Of a stretch of 7,792 bases of DNA, positions 7,501 through 7,792 are shown one piece after another. The stretch comes from a virus (taxonomy: Duplodnaviria; Heunggongvirae; Uroviricota; Caudoviricetes). The position numbers were made by a program, and so were the translations under genes. The notes below the pieces were generated by a model. That model was not told the DNA's origin and made no database searches. It saw nothing but the letters and a program-made list of their open reading frames with translations. Where the stretch lies: IMG/VR virus record IMGVR_UViG_2663762810_000001; one strand, 5' to 3'. Position 1 is the first letter of the stretch, and every line of letters begins with the position of its first letter.

Positions 7501-7792
7501 ATGAAAAAAATGTTGTTTTCTGCCGCTCTGGCAATGCTTATTACAGGATGTGCTCAACAGACGTTTACTGTTGGAAACAAACCGACAGCAGTAACACCAA
7601 AGGAAACCATCACCCATCACTTCTTCGTTTCGGGAATTGGACAGGAGAAAACTGTTGATGCAGCCAAAATTTGTGGCGGCGCAGAAAATGTTGTTAAAAC
7701 AGAAACCCAGCAAACATTCGTAAATGGATTGCTCGGTTTTATTACTTTAGGCATTTATACTCCGCTGGAAGCGCGTGTGTATTGCTCACAAT
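7501..7792 (+). CDS. bor: Bor lipoprotein (serum-resistance lipoprotein, Iss/Bor family); all 97 codons present, stop codon truncated by the window end
   Basis: ATG at 7501 with AGGA 7 nt upstream. My translation is MKKMLFSAALAMLITGCAQQTFTVGNKPTAVTPKETITHHFFVSGIGQEKTVDAAKICGGAENVVKTETQQTFVNGLLGFITLGIYTPLEARVYCSQ, with a lipobox (LITGC) and near-identity to lambda Bor as I recall it. Absent from the ORF track only because no stop lies inside the window. Position and orientation relative to cos match lambda. Confidence 0.9.
   Translation, partial: MKKMLFSAALAMLITGCAQQTFTVGNKPTAVTPKETITHHFFVSGIGQEKTVDAAKICGGAENVVKTETQQTFVNGLLGFITLGIYTPLEARVYCSQ

Noticed and set aside
7480-7713. 77-aa ORF on the minus strand
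   Set aside because: Antisense to bor, Cys/Phe/Asn-rich low-complexity product. Bor homology explains the region.
1-7792. Searched for CRISPR repeats, tRNA-like cloverleaves, IS terminal inverted repeats and att-like direct repeats
   Set aside because: No regularly spaced direct repeats, no tRNA-like structure and no transposase-like ORF were seen. The only strong repeats are the cosB R elements and the two palindromes reported above.

Overview
The window lies inside a lambda-like (cos-type lambdoid) prophage that is grossly deleted but otherwise well conserved. In + coordinates it contains: lom (minus strand, 3'-partial at the window start), a J-lom intrinsic terminator, J tail-tip/host-specificity gene (minus, 1165 aa), one in-frame fusion ORF made of the first 403 codons of terminase large subunit A joined directly to a complete tail-assembly gene I (minus, 616 aa), Nu1 small terminase (minus), a complete cos site (cosN plus cosB R3/R2/R1), a 64-aa ribbon-helix-helix-like ORF (plus), and bor (plus, coding sequence complete, stop codon cut by the window end). 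Every head gene and every tail gene between A codon 403 and the I start codon (about 12 kb in lambda) is absent, so the element is defective. It still keeps an intact packaging site, Nu1, J with a divergent C-terminal receptor-binding region, and two lysogenic-conversion morons (lom, bor). No tRNA, rRNA, CRISPR array or IS element was recognised. Protein identities are from my recollection of phage lambda sequences, not from a database search. I see no wholly novel system here; the most unusual features are the precise A::I fusion and some unannotated intergenic palindromes.
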